In this document: positions 50,041-62,001 of the stretch, in pieces | Position numbering within the stretch: the stretch's first letter is position 1 | Layout of the letters: every line of letters starts with the position of its first letter | NCBI GenBank assembly: GCA_039906565.1 | Contig: CM078459.1 | Location: 18,787,066 to 18,851,065 of the forward strand | DNA length: 64,000 nucleotides | Direction: 5' to 3' | Origin: Aegotheles albertisi | Taxonomy: Eukaryota | Made by a program: the position numbers and the translations under genes | Notes under the pieces: generated by a model | What the model was told of the DNA's origin: nothing | Databases searched by the model: none | What the model saw: only the letters and a program-made list of their open reading frames with translations

Positions 50041-50482
50041 ACACCTCCAGAACCCTTTTTTACAGCCTCCATCAGTTTGCAGCTTGGGGGCTTCCTGAGT
50101 CAAATATAAAAACATATAGGGGAAGCTAAGTGGATGCAAATAATACATATTATGCAAGAAAATAAAAAGTATTTAGGTTTTAGAGGGTTAGACTGAGAGA
50201 TGTTGCAGCAGAAACTTCCCCTGGACAGTCAGACCAATTGCTAGGGAAACTGCATGGAACTGTACTGTCCAAGGATCCTGCAGATAGGAGTCAGAGCAGG
50301 TAATGTTTAGCTTTGTTGGTTTTGGTATGTCCCGTGTGGTGGGAAAATTCCGTGTTCTGCATAACCCATTGCCAGTTTGGTGAGCTTATCAACTTAAGGG
50401 GTAAGGTCATGATCAGCAGTCAGCTTGTGGGTCACACAGTCAATATTAAAGTAAGTAATAAACTGAGGGAGGTTTTCAAGAG

Positions 50483-50599
50483 TATTACATGATCCGAGGG
50501 AAGAAGCCACTGTGGAAGGCCCTCAGTGGAGACTGCACTCATAATTGGCAGAGATTGGCAGCTCAGCATGGTGGTATGTTGAATTCCCTTTGGCTGGGA
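50483..50599 (+). CDS. PARP4: PARP4 exon YYMIRGKKPLWKALSGDCTHNWQRLAAQHGGMLNSLWLG
   Basis: CTHNWQ and MLNSLWLG|DGSWNL align with human CTQHWQDAVPWTELLSLQTE|DGFWKL. Acceptor tttcaagag. Donor GGA|GTACAC. Phase 0/0. An additional small upstream exon equivalent to human FLQIKCDTKDDS could have been missed. Confidence 0.5.
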
Positions 50600-51794
50600 G
50601 TACACCCTGTGCACTAGATTCAGTAGGTCTTCCAGGTGCCCCAGCTTCATGTTCCTTTGTGCAGCAGAGTCCACTTAGTATTTGCATCCTCATGACTATT
50701 TCTTGCTAATTTTTTTAAGCATTGTTTCGTTCTGTGTGTAATTAACTTTATTTTACGTAAGGAGCTTGCATCTGAAAGTAGTAAAAGTATAACCAGCCTC
50801 AGCATTAAGAAGAGATGGATATTTTCCCTCTATTTTTGACAGGACACTTGTATCAAATTATTTCTAAACATTGAACCATTACCATATGCCACATGGATAC
50901 AGTGGGGATTAGAGTAGTAGACTTGTGATTGACTTTTGTGAGAATTAACTCCCAAGGAGTGCTTCAAGATATTTTGTTTTTCACAGAATTGCCAACTGTT
51001 GAACTTCAAAAAGGAAAGTTTCTCATGTTTTTTACACTAATTGAACTTAATATTCTACAGATTTAAATTTTTTACATAGTTTGGATAATTATTATCTAAA
51101 CATCTATTTAAAAGCATGTATTATCTACAGTTACAGTTTTCTAAGACATAAAGCTGCAAGGACAAGTAGAGGTTCAAAAGTATTTAATATTGAAGAATAA
51201 GCACTTGAACATCCTGTTGAAAGCCTGTCTTCTATCTGACCTGAGGGTAGCAAACTATTTAGCAGATAATTTTAATCATGAGAGTTGTCTAAGTTTTGGC
51301 AGGGAAAGCCAGATAAAATAGGATTGGTTTTGTTAATACTGCATTTAACAATATATATATTAAACTTTGCCTTCACAGCAGAGGAGAGGGATCCTATATT
51401 GTTTCTTTTGAGTAAGAGGAATGCTTATTTTTTTAGCACCTTTAAAAATAATTTTCAGAAGGATTTTGTTTGAAATGAATTTGAAAACGCTAGTGTTTTC
51501 ATTGTGCATACTTTATATGGGAGTGATTTTGAAATTAATTTGTTTAAGGGTTTTTTACAGGGTAGGCTAACTACAGCGTTCCAGGTCAATTACAGACACT
51601 TGATGGTATGTCAAAGATTTGTGAAGTTTAGCATTTGAATCACCTAAATTGATTATGTGGATTACAGTTTTTGTGTTTGTGTAAGCTTTAAAAAAAATAT
51701 TTAAAGGAATTCTCCTGTGTCTGTTTTGTTCTTGCCAAATACATTTTCAGTGTCCTGGATCTTTGGCTTATCCATATATTTGTTTATTCCATAG

Positions 51795-51897
51795 GATGGC
51801 TCTTGGAATCTCGGTCCGCAGTTGGGTAAAATCTTGAAATTTGATGTTGATCATTTAATTAACGATTGCCTTATTAAAAAAGGCATTCAGTCACTTG
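51795..51897 (+). CDS. PARP4: PARP4 exon DGSWNLGPQLGKILKFDVDHLINDCLIKKGIQSL(G)
   Basis: Matches human EDGFWKLTPELGLILNLNTNGLHSFLKQKGIQSLG (MVP-interaction region). Donor G|GTAAAT. Confidence 0.88.
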
Positions 51898-52771
51898 GTA
51901 AATACCTTTCTGACATTAAAAACAATACATTGTGTTTTATTTCCTATGTGTATGTGTTATTACTCTGTATGTATACTGGAACTCTCAATAACTTATGCTC
52001 AGAATTTAAATGGATCTCTTAACTTAAAGGTTTCAAAAGTGCCTAATTTTAAGAATACAGTTTCTTCCCAACTTCTCTCACAATAGAGTGTCCTGATTGC
52101 CAAGCACATTTCCTGGAGAAATGTGTGCAGGATGTGAGATAGTTGGAATAGCAATAGGGGTTCTTTTATCTCAGTTACTGTATCTGGTATATTAATATCT
52201 ACTAAGGAAAAACAGGGAAGAAAAGTCTCTCTTAGGAGAGAGGCAGAAATCACTTCTGCTTTTCACATTTCAAATAATATGAATAATATTGATATCATTC
52301 TTACACACATGTGTGCTGTCTGCAGCATTCAGTAGCACTCTGCCTACAGACACTTTGCTGTTTGATTCTGTCAGTTGGTGCTCTTTGCTGGCAGCAGACC
52401 AGAAAACTTGGGGGCGGGAAAGGCAATTCCTTCTTTCTAAATTATTAGAGGGTGCAATGCTTCACGAAAGAACAAAAATCTTACAAGTTTCCCGTAATTG
52501 TATGTATTAAAATCAAAGTAGATTAGAACCCAAGCAAACACAAGCTGCAGAGATCCCAACAAAGCATTACCAAGTTTAAGTTTGAAATCCAGGAGCATGT
52601 TTGTCAAATCACTAATGTGAATACTCTTGATAGTAGTGATTGTATGGTGAGAGAATTCATTAGGGCAATTGATGTTTTAAAGTGATATGGAGTGCTTTGC
52701 AGAAAGTAACCTTTTCTGTTGTCAAGGAATCATTTAAATAGTAATACTGCTTCCCTTTTCTTCTTCCCTAG

Positions 52772-52904
52772 GCCCAAATCCAAAAGAGAAGCTGCTGCAG
52801 TTGATTGCTACTCTTCTTGTGCTACAGTTCATACGCTGCACAGAGAAATTGAAAGGGATCGTTTTCAAAACACTGATGAAACTGGATGATTCATCTAATT
52901 CAAG
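52772..52904 (+). CDS. PARP4: PARP4 exon (G)PNPKEKLLQLIATLLVLQFIRCTEKLKGIVFKTLMKLDDSSNS
   Basis: Matches human GVKGRECLLDLIATMLVLQFIRTRLEKEGIVFKSLMKMDDPSIS. Donor GTGTGC. Confidence 0.9.
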
Positions 52905-54288
52905 GTGTGCTTTTAAATAAAATCTTAGAATTTAATGTAGTAATATAAAACTTCTCAACATACAGAAGATGAATTTCATTATGGAGGGTCAGTGACTACA
53001 CTACAGGGTACGGCTGTAGAAAGGGGAATGGAAGGTATTAATCATATTGGTGGCGTGTGGTTTCTTTTAAGAGGGTGGATGGAGGAAGGAATACTTTGCA
53101 AAATATGATACAAAATCTGAGAAGTATAGAAAGTAATGAAAGGTATTTTATACTTAATACAATCATTGAATAATTGAGGATGGATATGACCTCCGGAGGT
53201 AATCTCTTTCTTAAAGCAAGGCCAGCTCAGATGTTGAATAAGTTGTTCAGTCTTGCCCAACTAAGATTTAAATATCTTTAAGGATGGAGATTTGCCAATC
53301 TCAACTTTTTTAAGGGCAGCCTTTCCCAGTGTTTAATATCACTTATTTTATATATTAGGAAGAAAAATTTTATCGGCGTTTTCCTTCATGTAACTTGTGT
53401 CTGTTGGCTTGCACCCTTTTTTAGGATTATATTTATGGCATGGTGTTCTTCACAAGCACACACCATACAATATTATGGACAAGACTTTTGAAATTATTAG
53501 AGCAGATGATTGTTCACAGCACAACTTCCACCCTATCTTTTAGCTGTGGGGAGTACTGCTGCTGGCTCGTTGTGAACCCTGCCCACCGCACTTCTGTATG
53601 TCCCCCTGCTCTATGATCCTTTGAATATAGGGTCCCTGCATCTGGGAGTGAAGTGAACAATTATCAGCTGGAAAGTTTTTTTGGTTTAAAGATAAAAGGC
53701 TTAAAAAAAGCATGAAGAAATAGGCCTCTAGTGAATCGGGATTGCCCCAGCCACCAACAGATTCCTTGTGCCAAAATGGGAAGCCTTACACACTTCATAC
53801 TTTACAGGGCATGTAGGAACAGGATAAAGAAACAGTCAGGAGTGCCCTGGAAATCCTTCTCCCTCTTTTGAAACTCCTTGACAGAGTGAAAAAATGGTTG
53901 TGTAATTTTGGCTACTTCGGTCAAGAATACAAATAACATTGCAGACGGCTGGCTGAAAGCAATTCTAACATACATGGAAGTACAAAGGGAGGAGTCGGGT
54001 TTGCCTTTATGAAATGCATGGTACTTGACTGCAGTGGTTGGAATAGTGCAAATAAATGCAAGCAATGATTAAGAGTCTATATACTTCCCATATGGAAGAT
54101 TCTAAAAAGATAGGGCAGCTCAGATGATGATGCTTTCTGCATCAGATGATATTTTATACAGGCTGGATCATAGTGCTAGAGAAAATTTTCTCATTCAAAT
54201 AATTATCATTAGAATAAATTATATTCTTCTTGCTCATTTGGTGGATTTACAAGATTTTATTATAATAAAACTTCATTTCTACACACAG

Positions 54289-54439
54289 TGGTGCTCATTG
54301 GGCTTTTGAACTTATCAAGAAAGCAATAGAGTGGGTAAGAAGAGTTGAGAAGCGATTTCCATCTATTTGCTATCGACTTGAACTTGGGAAAGACTGGGAT
54401 TCTGCCACCAAGAAGATACTGGGTATCGAGCCTATCTAA
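54289..54439 (+). CDS. PARP4: PARP4 terminal coding exon (S)GAHWAFELIKKAIEWVRRVEKRFPSICYRLELGKDWDSATKKILGIEPI*. Stop TAA at 54437-54439.
   Basis: Matches human NIPWAFEAIKQASEWVRRTEGQYPSICPRLELGNDWDSATKQLLGLQPI... The chicken-type frame stops earlier than human. Confidence 0.88.
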
Positions 54440-54623
54440 TATCAGTTCTCTTTCTACTTAAAATATTTCATCAAATAATGCTTTAAGATAATAACAGAGT
54501 TAGCTTTCCCTGTAGTTTTACATAAAAAGTTTAGATTGAGGACATTTGATTTTATATTATTACTGAATTATTATTTTATTATTACTGAATAATTCTTCTC
54601 ATAGTCAGACTTAAAGGTATGGA

Positions 54624-54629
54624 AATAAA
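54624..54629 (+). terminator. Candidate PARP4 polyadenylation signal AATAAA
   Basis: First canonical AATAAA downstream of the PARP4 stop codon (about 185 nt 3' UTR). An earlier non-canonical signal cannot be excluded. Confidence 0.3.
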
Positions 54630-56959
54630 GGGTCTTACAGTCTTGATTTGACATATATGTACTATTTTACTTACCTGTAACTGCTAAGAATACCTTAATA
54701 TTTCTTTTTTTACAGTAATCATTTTGGTTGATTGCACATTATAAAAGCACTTTTATAATATCTTCGTTTTGATTTCTCCTAAAATCTTATGTACTTCTTC
54801 AATGGCATGGTAAAGCAAGCATAGTGTAGTAATTCAGTTAAGCATGGCAGATGTTTTGACAGATACAAGAATATCATAAACAAAGAACTAATAAATATCT
54901 TCATAAAATATCAGTGTTTGCAATTGGATTGTTTTTTAATTCCTACAGTGTGCCTTGAAATGCAAACAGCAGAACAGTTATTTTTCCTCCTGCACTGCTT
55001 TTCTTATCGGTCACAGTCCGTTTGTGAGTATATAGGTCAGGAAGAAGTTCTCTCTCTTTTTTTTGTTGCTGTTACTCTGTATCCTGATTTTATTCTATTT
55101 TATATATATTTTATACTGGACCAGACACTGGAACCTAATAACTAAACCAGACTAAAGGGGATTTATTTTCATTTAATGGGCTTTTCACAGGTGTTTAAGT
55201 GAACACATTACCTCTTCTAAACTAAGGAGCTGCGCAGAATCACACCTTGGTACTTAGTGATCTGAGGAAATGTGGTTACGAGACACAGTACAATTACACC
55301 AAGGCGGGATCCAGTGTGCACAGAACACACCATGCAGTTGTTTGTCCAGCCATTGAAAATACTCTGGAGCAGAAGTTCCACAGCCAGCTTAGCCGGTGTG
55401 TTCCACTGCCCTTGCAAACAGAGACTGCTCCCCAGCAGCAGCAGGGAAGTGTTGTAAGAGGTTACTAAGGAAAATTCTGGAATGTCTCTCATAGATGAGT
55501 ATTTGAGCAAACATCTGCTGAGGATGGAGTAGATACACGTGATCTTGTAGAGGAGGTTGCCAAGAAGGGGTATCCTGAGGTCCTTCTGTTTCTAAGGGTC
55601 CTTGTTTTCATGTGTATAACAATACCAGCTCTTTTTAGTAGCAAGTACAAAGGAAATACTTGTACTGCACTTCCTATTTGAGAAGAGCTTGGGTATGGGT
55701 TTCTTAAGAACTAGACTCCTTACTGTAGACAACGCTAAGCCAGCTTCTAAATCTGCTGTGAAGTCTTTGTATACTCAAGGGCTGTGTTACCAGCATTACC
55801 TTGGAAAGGAACCGATTGAATTTATACTTTTCTCTCACTGCAGTTAATTTTCCTATGAACTATGGAGCTGTATGAGGCAGTTGGGTGTTCTCACTGTCGC
55901 ACACAGCACACTGGAGCCGGGGTCTCGCCTCAGGGATGAGAAACCACTTGTGAGATGGGGCCTTTGCTAGGGCCAGTGCCAGGGGTTGTTCAGCAGGCAC
56001 AGGGGCTGGGGTGGCTTGTTACAGGTTTGTCTCTTTTCCTCCGGATTGTTACATGGAGAGGCTGTGCTTGCCTGCAGGTGGGCATTTTAACGCGTAATTC
56101 CATGAAATGTGAAAGGATTCCTGTTCCCAGTGAGAGACCTCGCCCTGGGGCACCCCTGCCCACCCTTCCTCCGTGTTCCCCTTGCCCTGCTGAGGGCACA
56201 CATGTTATAAATGACTTTGAGGCATATAGCAATTAATCAGGTTTATTAGGCAATAGCAGGCAAGCAAACAGCGCTGGGTGTGCAGGGAGTCACCGCTCCA
56301 CCAATACACACACCTTCATCAACACTCCACTCGCTGTATGTGTGGTTACATGTTACATATTCAGTGCATTACCTAACACACCTATACATATTCATGACCT
56401 ATCCCCGCTTCGTATTATAGTGAGTTTAAAAGTCATTTTCATGTTATTACACCTGCGCAGTGCTTCCTGGTGGTCGTGGGCAGGGGTCTCCAGGGATGAA
56501 GTAAGGGTCTTCCTCAGTCTTGCACTTTTCACCCCTTTGTGCTGAGCATGCTCACTAGTTTCTTAGCCACAGTCCAGTCACAAGGCTGGTTCCCACTGGT
56601 TTGGGACCCAAGGTGTAGGCACAATGTTACGGTTACTCCCTTTATCAGTGGTTGTGTCCTTGCCTCCCTTTTATCCATAGTGCTGTATCCTCCCTTTTTG
56701 CCTTGACAAGCATAATAAATTTCAAGCGAGCAGTATGCATTGATTAGCGAGCAGCTCTTCACAGATCATTCTTTAACCCATTCCTTAACTCCTAATTCCC
56801 TTACATCAAGTTCAGTGTGCCGTGTCGGTTTCTGTAACCGCAGCACATCTGTGTCTGGCTCGGTTTTCATCCCGTTTGCTCGTAATTCTCCTCTTGCCGG
56901 CCTCAGGTCTTTCCCACAGTTACAGGCTTGGTCCAACTGCCGATTTAATTGACACGAAT

Positions 56960-57499
56960 CATTCTTTAGCCCGTAACACACGTGCTGTGCTCGGACCGGG
57001 GGGTTCGGCACACGCCCGCTTTTACCGTGGACCAGCCCGGCCCGCCCGGGCACGGCACCAGCGGCGGGAACGCGCCCCCGGGGCTCAGCCACCGCCTCCC
57101 GAAGGGCCGCCGCGCCAGGGGCCGGCCCCAGGAAGAGCCCCCGGGGCACCGTGCGGGCGCGCAGCTCCGGCGGTCACCCGGCGCTCGCCTCTCGCCGACA
57201 GGACCGGGGCCGTGCAGCGCAGCACCCGCCTCTGCGGCGGGCACCGGGCTGGAGGGGAGCGCAGCCCGGCCGGAGTGAGCGGGGCCGCGCACAAGGCGGG
57301 CCCGGCGGGAGCGCGCGGGAGCCTCCTGCTGCCGCCCCCGCCACGCGGAACTCGCGAAGTCTCCGGGCGCGGGGCCCCGCCCCCGTGCGTCACGGGCTGG
57401 CGGGGCGGCGATTGGCTGCGGCGCCGCCTCGCTCCCCCCGCGCGCGGCGGTGGATGTCGCAGCCGCTTTTCCCCGTTGTCGTTTGAAACTCGGCCCAAA
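56960..57499 (+). promoter_or_regulatory. MPHOSPH8: MPHOSPH8 CpG-island promoter / 5' UTR. GC box at 57371-57385, CGTCA (CRE-like) at 57388-57393, inverted CCAAT box GATTGGCT at 57410-57417.
   Basis: Very CpG-dense sequence ends at a Kozak-context ATG (AAAATGG) at 57500. The CCAAT, Sp1-like and CRE-like elements sit 85-130 bp upstream of the ATG. The island continues through exon 1 into intron 1 (to about 58100). Confidence 0.6.
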
Positions 57500-57736
57500 A
57501 TGGCGGCGGCGGGGAGCGGGGCTGAGGCGGCGGCGGCCAAGCTGGAGGGGGCGGAGGAAGAGGAGGGGACGGCGGCCGCGGCGGAGGAGGACGAGGAAGA
57601 GGACGGGGAGGCTGGCGGCGGTAGGGCGGGCAAAGCGGCGGGCAAGGCGGCTGCAGCCGGCGGGGAGAGCGAGGAGGAGGAGGAGCAGGAGGACGTGTTC
57701 GAGGTGGAGAAGATCCTGGACGTGAAGACCGAGGGG
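57500..57736 (+). CDS. MPHOSPH8: MPHOSPH8 coding exon 1 (MAAAGSGAEAAAAKLEGAEEEEGTAAAAEEDEEEDGEAGGGRAGKAAGKAAAAGGESEEEEEQEDVFEVEKILDVKTEG)
   Basis: EDVFEVEKILDVKTEG matches human MPP8 EDVFEVEKILDMKTEG immediately preceding the chromodomain. Donor GGG|GTAAGC at 57737. Confidence 0.85.
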
Positions 57737-57869
57737 GTAAGCGCCCGGCCGCCCTGGCCGCCTCCTGAGCGGGGCCGGCGGCTGCCCCGGGTCGGGTTTC
57801 GCCTCCTCCCGGAGGAGGTGCGGGTCGGAGCGGTCGCCATGCGCCGGCACGGGGCGGGCCGGAGTGCGC

Positions 57870-57900
57870 CCCCCTCCCTCCCTCCCTCCCTCCCTCCCTC
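57870..57900. repeat. (CCCT)n microsatellite, about 7.5 units
   Basis: cccctccctccctccctccctccctccctc sits in MPHOSPH8 intron 1, about 130 bp downstream of the exon 1 donor, inside the CpG island. Confidence 0.9.
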
Positions 57901-60900
57901 GCCGGGCGCCCCGCGGGCAGGGCCGCGCTCGGGCGGGTTTCCCTGGGCAGGAGCTTCGGGAGCTGGTGCCGAGCTCAGCGGGACCGGGCTGAGCGCCCTG
58001 CGGAGCCTGTGAGGGTCTCCCAAAATGAGGGAGGCTCCTTCCGATTGAAATAACCAGCTGCAGCCACCTCTGTCCAGGCACAACCACCGCCTCTCGGCTG
58101 GCTCTGGAAGCAGCCCCGGCTGGTGGGACTTCTAAAATGTTCTGAACCTCAAATACCAAAAATCATCAATACCAGTGTGGGTTTTTAAGATGATTCTGTG
58201 TCTTACAGTTGTTTATTTAAACTAATTTTAACTAATTTATGGGATTTATTTTAGGCTTCAGTCAGGTGTGTGACAGTATAGAATTCTGCCTGTTCAGTGT
58301 AAAACATCAGGGTTTGGAGAGCCTTCAGATTAAGAATTTCTTACATATTTGTGATATCATGCTTAAGTTGAAATATCTTGATGACTTAAGAATGTTGTGG
58401 AGGGGGGTCAATACCGTTCCACACACACAGAGTATCAGCATACACTGAGCACAGTATTTTAAAAATGTCATTAGCATGTGCTGGTGGAAAGGTGTCTTGT
58501 GCCTCCTCTTTCTATTACCACCCTCTTCCTTCAAGCAGCCCGTTCTGCAGCAGGTTCTGTGCTGTGTGCTGGGTCAGTAAATAGCTTTGCTGTATGCGTG
58601 TGCCTTTCCCAGTGTGTGCTGGTTTGACATGCACTCCAGTTGCACCAGGTCACCTTTCCCTTGCTCTCAGGTGAGGGCCACGTTCCTGTGCTTCAGAAAT
58701 ACAGGGCAAGATACTCACACCTAGGCCTGACTTCCAGAATGGCTGAAGAAAGCTGTGTGTTACATTCAGTGGAGTTTATTTTACATGGTCTGCTTTAGAC
58801 TCACAGTCTCCAGCTTGCAGATTCCCAAATCTCATACAAAGTCCCCGAAGGTACACTGGGTCAGCCACTGTCCGGCACTGCTAAGGCCAGTCCATGCGTC
58901 CCTGTGTCCCAGCTGCAGGGGCAGGGGAGCTGGGGAGCACCACACAGAGAAGCTCTTGCCATTTGCAGTCCTGATGTTGCTGGAGCTGGTAGTGGTAGCA
59001 TGAGAGAGACAGCACTGTGGGGGTGGGATGAGGCTGGAGAGTTAGACCTGCTAACAAATGAAACATTTAACATGTCCTGCTTGAGAGGACAAGCAATAAA
59101 AGTTTGGAAATGTCTCCTCTCAGTATATCTAGGAAGCTTTTCATACTGCACTGAATTTCTTCTGCAACAACAGGCTCCAGCCCAAATTGTGACATTGCCC
59201 AGTGGAGATGGGAAACCTTAACTCCGCTGTTTAATGATGTGGTGATGCCCCTTTCCATAGGAGTTGTTTCTAGCCCATGATGAGTTCTCAGAGAAGTATA
59301 AAAATGCTTGGAAGTGTTCTATTATTCGTAAGTGATACAGAAATAAAAAATAACAATGTTGAATAAAATAATGCTGATAGGTGAGCGTAGGGCTGTGTGT
59401 GTATCTTCAGTATGATGATCAATCCCCTGCCTTCACTTAAGCTTCATTTTTGTATCACTCTCTGTGTACTGGGTATAGAATTGTTCAACAGCTGAATATT
59501 CTTACATTTGCACTAGGCTCTATTTTATCCAGCTTTCTCAGTTAATTAAAAAAGGACTTGTAACTTGTTTTGTACCAGTGTTACAAGGGTGTAGCAGTAA
59601 CTGTGCAGCTGGGTGAAGTCCCAGATCTGAAATGGCATAGCCCGGTACCACCGGGGAAGGTGAGAGGCGGGCTGTAGGAACCAGCCATGTGGGAAGGCAG
59701 CTGGGAGTCCCCACAGAGAAGTAAGCTGAACGTGAGTCAGCAGTTCTTGCAGCAAAGAATGCCAACAGCATCCAGCAGTGTAGCCAGCAGAGGTGAGCAG
59801 ATGCTTCTTGCTCGCTTCCAAGCACTGCCGAGATGCATGTGGAGTACGGCGTGAGGTTGTGAGTTCCCCAGGGCGGGAGAGGTATGGACATGCTGGAGTG
59901 AAGGGTTATGAAGGGTTCGGGGAGCTGGAGCATGGGAGGCTGGCCGAGCTAGGTCTGCTCTGCCAAAAGAAGGGAATAATCAGGGATGGTCATAGTGGTA
60001 TCTCATTTGCTTAATGAAAGGGTGTAAAGAGGACAGGGTCAGATCCTTTTCAGAGATGGACAGTGGGAGAATGAGAGAGGCAGTGGGCACAAGCTGGGAC
60101 GCAGGGAAATCTGTATAGATAGAACCTGACTGGGCAGGTTTCTGAGCAGCCTGATCCAGCTGGTCCTGTTTTGAGCAGGGCATTTTACTTTCTAGTTCTG
60201 GAGACCCCTTATAACCTACATTGTTCTGTGACTGTAGTAAGAAGGTCACTAGTCCCTTATTTTGTGAATAACCCCTTAGAAGGAAGAGAGAGAGAGAGGT
60301 CTTTGAAAACTGAATCAAGTTCCTGAATCAAGTTCCTGAATCAAGAGCATATGGTTAAGCTAAACCATAAGAGACATTACACTGGTGTATCTGAATACAG
60401 GCTATCTGTTTATGTGTCTGTGAAGCAGAACACAGAAGGTTGTAAACAAAGTTGGTTACTAAAGTTTAATGGCATATATATGCAGACCTTGGTAAAAGGT
60501 TAATGGTGCTCAGGCAAAACCTTAAATTTATGGATATCAGTACATTTAATAGTAAGTGTCAAATGGCAGTTCTTTGGAAGCTTTCCTTCTCCCGACTTGG
60601 TTAGCAGTGTAGGATCATTGCGAGTGTTACCAATCTCTTTGTGAAAGAAAGAGATACTATCATTTTGCCTCTCCAAAGGTGCTTTCCTTAGTACATTCAC
60701 TAATGTTTTTTTATTTAGGAAGTAAGTTCAGGAATGGCTATGTTGCCATTATTAGCTTTTTTTATATGGAATATGGATTTTCTTAAATTTGGTGCCAGCT
60801 TTTGTCATACATCTGCTTAAAGAGACTGCAGGTTTAATCGCTAAAGGTGACCACATTGATTCCACAGGACACGTCTCTGCTTGGTGCAGGAGGCCCTGAG

Positions 60901-61845
60901 TTTGCCACTTGTCTGGCTATATCAGCAACATGATGAGTCCAAACTAATAACCTGCCCTCAGCAGGAAAAGGCGTACGTCTTGGGACACCTAAGGATTAAG
61001 ACTACTTAAAGTATTAATAATTTGATGGAAATAATTTGTGGACAATACAATAATTTGGTGGAAAGCTTTCGGGTTTTTGTTTGGTTTTTTTAGTGGTAAA
61101 AGACTTCCTAATCTAGTGAAAAAACAAGATAGAGACTAAAAGGTGCAATTTCATCCTACGGTAAAGTTAAATACTCTTGAAACAATTTGTTTAGGGCTTT
61201 TGTATGTAAACTTTTACCAAAATCTTTGTAACTAACTCCACTGAGATGCACGTGCTCAGACTTTGTCTAGGTTTAGCTTGATCTCACTGGTGGTTTATTT
61301 TGTTGTTTTCTGATTGTTGGTATTTCAGTTTATCAAAGGTGGCACTAATTACAAATCTAACAGAAGTTGTCAATTCCAATATAAAACTGGGTGGATGGTG
61401 CTAATGCATTATAAATCTGAAGCGTTTACACCAACTTCTTCAGCACAGAGAAGCAATTCAAGCTTGAAATTTTTATAGAAGAAATATTAAAACATTAAAA
61501 ATAGTTTCATAACTGTCAGAAAATCCATTTCAGTAAAATGACTGGGAATTTATGATCTGTACATTATAGCTGTGGTTCTGAACAAATTTTACATATTACA
61601 AATATTTTGGCTAAAACCACTTCAACTATGGAAATGTTTTACGGTCTACTTAGTATGGAAATAATTCTGGGAATTCTTATGGAAATAATTCTGGGAATTC
61701 TTATGTCAATATTGGGCTGAACTCCCATTATATTATATTAATTTCTGTATACACAAAATGATGTATCTGCCAAGATCCCCAAGAACTGAGCTGGTGATAC
61801 AGTACTGTGCTGTGTTGTATTAAATGCTGGGCTTTTTTCTTACAG

Positions 61846-62001
61846 GGTAAAATTCTTTACAAAGTACGGTGGAAAGGATATACCTCAGATGATGATACCT
61901 GGGAACCAGAGGTTCACTTGGAAGACTGCAAAGAAGTGCTGCTTGAATTCAGAAAAAAAGTTGTGGACAATAAGCCTAAACCTGTCAAAAAAGACATACA
62001 G
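61846..62001 (+). CDS. MPHOSPH8: MPHOSPH8 exon 2, chromodomain (GKILYKVRWKGYTSDDDTWEPEVHLEDCKEVLLEFRKKVVDNKPKPVKKDIQ)
   Basis: Near-identical to human MPP8 GKVLYKVRWKGYTSDDDTWEPEIHLEDCKEVLLEFRKKIAENKAKAVRKDIQ. Acceptor ttttcttacag. Donor GTGTGT. Confidence 0.93.

Noticed and set aside
56822-58159. Very long ORFs on both strands across the MPHOSPH8 CpG island (56822..58012 +, 56966..58159 -, 57085..58083 -)
   Set aside because: Same GC-composition artefact. Only the 57500..57736 segment of the plus frame is real (MPHOSPH8 exon 1). The frame continues past the donor by chance.
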